From: a virus
IMG/VR virus record: IMGVR_UViG_3300048928_000639
Coordinates: 4,045 to 68,044 of that record
Strand: one strand, 5' to 3'
DNA length: 64,000 bases
Shown: positions 61,270 to 64,000 of the stretch, one piece after another
Numbering within the stretch: the first letter of the stretch is position 1
How the letters are laid out: each line of letters begins with the position of its first letter
Position numbers and translations under genes: made by a program
The notes under the pieces: generated by a model
Databases searched by the model: none
Seen by the model: only the letters and a program-made list of their open reading frames with translations
Told to the model about the DNA's origin: nothing

Positions 61270-62010
61270 ATGCCCCCGAATAGAGCCGCGCGAAGACATC
61301 TTGCACACGAACAACTACTCGCCAGTCTCGGAGATTGGTTCGAGCAAACGTTGATCGTAAAGAGCTACACTGGAAAACCTCCCCAGAAAGTAGTGGTTCG
61401 GTGTAGAGAGGGTGACCGCACGCTATATCTTGAGCACCCTAGTGCATCGTACCAGCGAGGTTGCAGCGCGCACCCTGTCGCCGTGTATGGAAACATTCGA
61501 GCCAACCGACTGTTCGCGCACTTGTCGGACGATCAGATCGTCGATGTGTTTGATGACTTAAACAACACGCGTGGTGCGGACTATTGGGCCTACTGTGATC
61601 ACGTAAAGTCAACGTGGGATGACATGCCTCGATTCAACGAAGATGCATGCCTTCAGCATCTCGCCTGGGAGCACGGACTGCACTGTAGTCGGTGCGAAAA
61701 AGCCGGAAAACTCGAAGACCTTATCAACTTTACGGAAGGCGTACCGCGTTCTGACAATCTTCGCCACTGGCGGGACCACGGAGTCTGTTCGGATTGCGCA
61801 GTGTCTGAACGTGTCGCCGGTTGGAAAGCGATTCAGCAGACGCGAGACGCCGCAGCCTTCGCCCGTCGAATAGACGAGAACTACGAGCGCAAAAAGCAAG
61901 CCGATGCGGATGCCCGCGCCGCTGCTAAGAAGCGTCGCCTGATCGAAAAGGCCGCGTACGATTTTCTAGCCGAGACCGGCTTACTCGCATCATTGGAGGC
62001 TACGATATGA
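61270..62010 (+). CDS. Hypothetical protein
   Basis: AGGAG RBS; CxxC pairs. Confidence 0.6.
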   Translation: MPPNRAARRHLAHEQLLASLGDWFEQTLIVKSYTGKPPQKVVVRCREGDRTLYLEHPSASYQRGCSAHPVAVYGNIRANRLFAHLSDDQIVDVFDDLNNTRGADYWAYCDHVKSTWDDMPRFNEDACLQHLAWEHGLHCSRCEKAGKLEDLINFTEGVPRSDNLRHWRDHGVCSDCAVSERVAGWKAIQQTRDAAAFARRIDENYERKKQADADARAAAKKRRLIEKAAYDFLAETGLLASLEATI

Positions 62011-62525
62011 CAACCCCCGGAATCTACGGTGCGAAGCGCCAGTCTTGGTACGGCAAGAACCCGCGCGACGTTTTGCACCGCATCTTGCTCGAATCGCCAC
62101 GAGGTTCTGAAAAAGAACACTTCGACCGTATCTGTGACATCGTCGCGGATGATCCAGCGTATTTCGGCGCGATGATCGAATACTGGTTTGCCAACAACTA
62201 CCGCAGCATGAAGGTGGTTGAGGTTTCCCCTGACGACGTATCGGTCGTCCCTCGTCAAGAAGAACGAGCGGCGTCGGCGCGGCGCGATGAAGCGACAGTC
62301 GTTCGTATGAAAGAAAAGCTCTATTCGGCATTGACCATGGGGTTCATGATGCCGAACGGAGAGCGTCTCAAGGATTGCAGTTTCGGGTACGTCAGCCAGA
62401 TGGGCGGCGTGTTCGCGGCTATGGCCAAAGGGCGGAAGGCAAATGAAGTGGTCGGCAAGCACCTGACCGACGCTGATCTGCTGAACTTGCAGAAACGACT
62501 TGTCAGGAATGCGGTAGCGGCGTGA
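62007..62525 (+). CDS. Hypothetical protein
   Basis: Coupled ORF; MPNG..L.DC.F motif. Confidence 0.65.
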   Translation: MTTPGIYGAKRQSWYGKNPRDVLHRILLESPRGSEKEHFDRICDIVADDPAYFGAMIEYWFANNYRSMKVVEVSPDDVSVVPRQEERAASARRDEATVVRMKEKLYSALTMGFMMPNGERLKDCSFGYVSQMGGVFAAMAKGRKANEVVGKHLTDADLLNLQKRLVRNAVAA

Positions 62526-62707
62526 ATCCCAAGTACCTCACCGGACCCGCAGTGCAGAAACGATACTCGATATCGGACACTACGTTGTGGCGCTGGGTCA
62601 GGTCCGAAGCACTGGGATTTCCCAAGCCGATGGTCACCAATGGTCGCAACTACTTCAATGTCGAAGAACTGGACGCGTGGGATGCCGAGCGGGAGGCTGA
62701 ACGATGA
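62522..62707 (+). CDS. AlpA-family HTH regulator/excisionase
   Basis: V.KRYSIS.TTLWRW.....FPKP...GR.Y...EL.AW. Confidence 0.85.
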   Translation: MNPKYLTGPAVQKRYSISDTTLWRWVRSEALGFPKPMVTNGRNYFNVEELDAWDAEREAER

Positions 62708-62946
62708 CCGATGCCCGCCTCATGTCAGGATCCGCCGCAGCCGCCTATCTTGGCCTGACGCCGGCATCGTTCGCCAAGTGGGTCGCGGATGGTCGCGCGC
62801 CTAGACCGCTGCCCGGCACGCGCCGTTGGGATCGCAAGGCGATCGACCAAATACTGGACAAAACCAGTGGGATTGCGGCACCGTCGATTGTGCCGACCGA
62901 GGACCCCTACGAGACGTGGAAGCGTCAACAATATGCGACGAAATAG
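62704..62946 (+). CDS. Excisionase-like HTH protein
   Basis: AAAYLGL...F..WV..G..P.PL.GTRRWDR.AID. Confidence 0.8.
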   Translation: MTDARLMSGSAAAAYLGLTPASFAKWVADGRAPRPLPGTRRWDRKAIDQILDKTSGIAAPSIVPTEDPYETWKRQQYATK

Positions 62947-64000
62947 CAAACGGCTGCCGGGTTTGGCCACTGCCAGCAAGACTCTTGCGGACGGTTCCAC
63001 GCGGAAATATTTCTATGCATGGCGCGGCGGGCCGATGCTCAAGGGTGCGGATGGTACCCCGCTGACCCCGGCTGACCCGCAGTTTTTCGTTGCGTACACA
63101 GACGCGCATTCTGCTCGCAAGAAGCCGGTTCAGGGTACGCTGTTCACGCTGATTTCCGCCTTCAAAGGGTCAAGCGATTTCACCAGTCTGGCGCCACGTA
63201 CCCAGAAGGATTATCTCCGGTTCCTGGGGATGATCGAACAGAAGTTCGGCAGCATGCCGCTGACTGTTGTCCAGGATATCCGGTCGCGAGGGGATTTCAA
63301 GGATTGGCGCGACAAGATCGCGACTGCCGGCGGTAACCGCCAAGCCGATTACGCTTGGGGAATGCTCGCTCGCGTACTGGCGGTCGCCAAGGACCGCGGC
63401 ACGATCGCCACCAACGTCTGCGAGCGCGGCGGCAAGCTTTACAGCGTCGACCGCGCCGAGATCATCTGGCAGCCGGCCCACGTTGCTGCATTCAACGCGG
63501 TCGCCAGTGAGCCGCTGCAGTTCGCGCTGATGCTGGCCCTTTGGACCGCGCAGCGGCAGGGTGACCTGATCAAGCTCACCTGGTCGCAATATGACGGCAC
63601 TCACATCCGCCTGAAGCAGGGCAAGACGGGCGCGCGCGTCGCGGTGAACGTCGGCACCGACCTGAAGGCTGCGCTCGACAGGCGGCGCCCTACACCCGCT
63701 GACGGCCCTATCCTGCGCAATAGCCGCGGCAAGCCATGGACGGAGGACGGGTTTCGTACATCATGGGGGAAAGCCAGCACCAAGGCCGGGCTCGACGCTG
63801 CTGACCTGCGTTTCCACGATCTGCGCGGCACTGCCGTGACAGTGCTGTCGACCGCCGGCTGTACTAACCAGGAGATCGCGGCGGTTACCGGGCACAGCGA
63901 AAAGGACGTCGATCGCATCCTGAAGGCATACCGGGGCGGCCGGATCGAACTGTCGGACCAGGCGATGGCAAAGCGCGAAGCGAACCTTAATAGAACGTAA
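62933..64000 (+). CDS. int: Tyrosine recombinase/integrase
   Basis: TAQRQGDL (R), KTG (K), FHDLRGT (HxxR), TGH, AY (Y). Confidence 0.95.
   Translation: MRRNSKRLPGLATASKTLADGSTRKYFYAWRGGPMLKGADGTPLTPADPQFFVAYTDAHSARKKPVQGTLFTLISAFKGSSDFTSLAPRTQKDYLRFLGMIEQKFGSMPLTVVQDIRSRGDFKDWRDKIATAGGNRQADYAWGMLARVLAVAKDRGTIATNVCERGGKLYSVDRAEIIWQPAHVAAFNAVASEPLQFALMLALWTAQRQGDLIKLTWSQYDGTHIRLKQGKTGARVAVNVGTDLKAALDRRRPTPADGPILRNSRGKPWTEDGFRTSWGKASTKAGLDAADLRFHDLRGTAVTVLSTAGCTNQEIAAVTGHSEKDVDRILKAYRGGRIELSDQAMAKREANLNRT

Larger units (their letters stand above)
1..64000. mobile_element. Temperate tailed phage/prophage (siphovirus-like), alphaproteobacterial host; probably extends past the left edge, att sites not visible
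   Basis: Complete head-tail module, replication module, tyrosine integrase plus excisionase-like genes, two divergent arms, no host housekeeping gene blocks. Confidence 0.96.

Noticed and set aside
63900-64000. attP/attR site or tRNA target
   Set aside because: The window ends at the integrase stop, so no flanking sequence is available

Overview
The window is most of one temperate tailed phage or prophage (siphovirus-like), probably of a Rhizobiales/Hyphomicrobiales alphaproteobacterium as inferred from its CtrA homologue. All assignments come from motifs read by eye; no database searches were run. The left arm (1-46.4 kb, minus strand) holds an OafA-like acyltransferase, tail fibre/tip, tape measure, tail tube, P22-type capsid, portal, terminase, helicase, about 25 small early genes, a putative origin, two DNA methyltransferases and Prim-Pol/VapE. 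The right arm (46.5-64 kb, plus strand) holds a DUF2800/DUF2815/PolA/VRR-NUC replication module, ThyX, a CtrA homologue, an RlpA-like enzyme, a third methyltransferase, excisionase-like HTHs and a tyrosine integrase ending at base 64000. Main observations: (1) The phage CtrA keeps its DNA-recognition helix, but the phosphoacceptor is D51A, the acidic pocket is D8P, and a long tail replaces the usual C-terminus. (2) A 23-bp dyad (TTAATCTTGA-GAG-TCAAGATTAA) occurs 18 times. In 15 copies it embeds the -35 box and a GANTC site; in two late-gene copies GANTC is lost and the dyad lies directly upstream of a new TTGACA. (3) Four unrelated proteins end in PPPY-stop, and two unrelated methyltransferases share a C-terminal peptide of about 27 aa. 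(4) A stand-alone integrase arm-binding domain sits where a CI repressor is expected. (5) A roughly 570-nt structured non-coding region follows the SSB gene. Three single-base frameshifts may be biology or sequence error.
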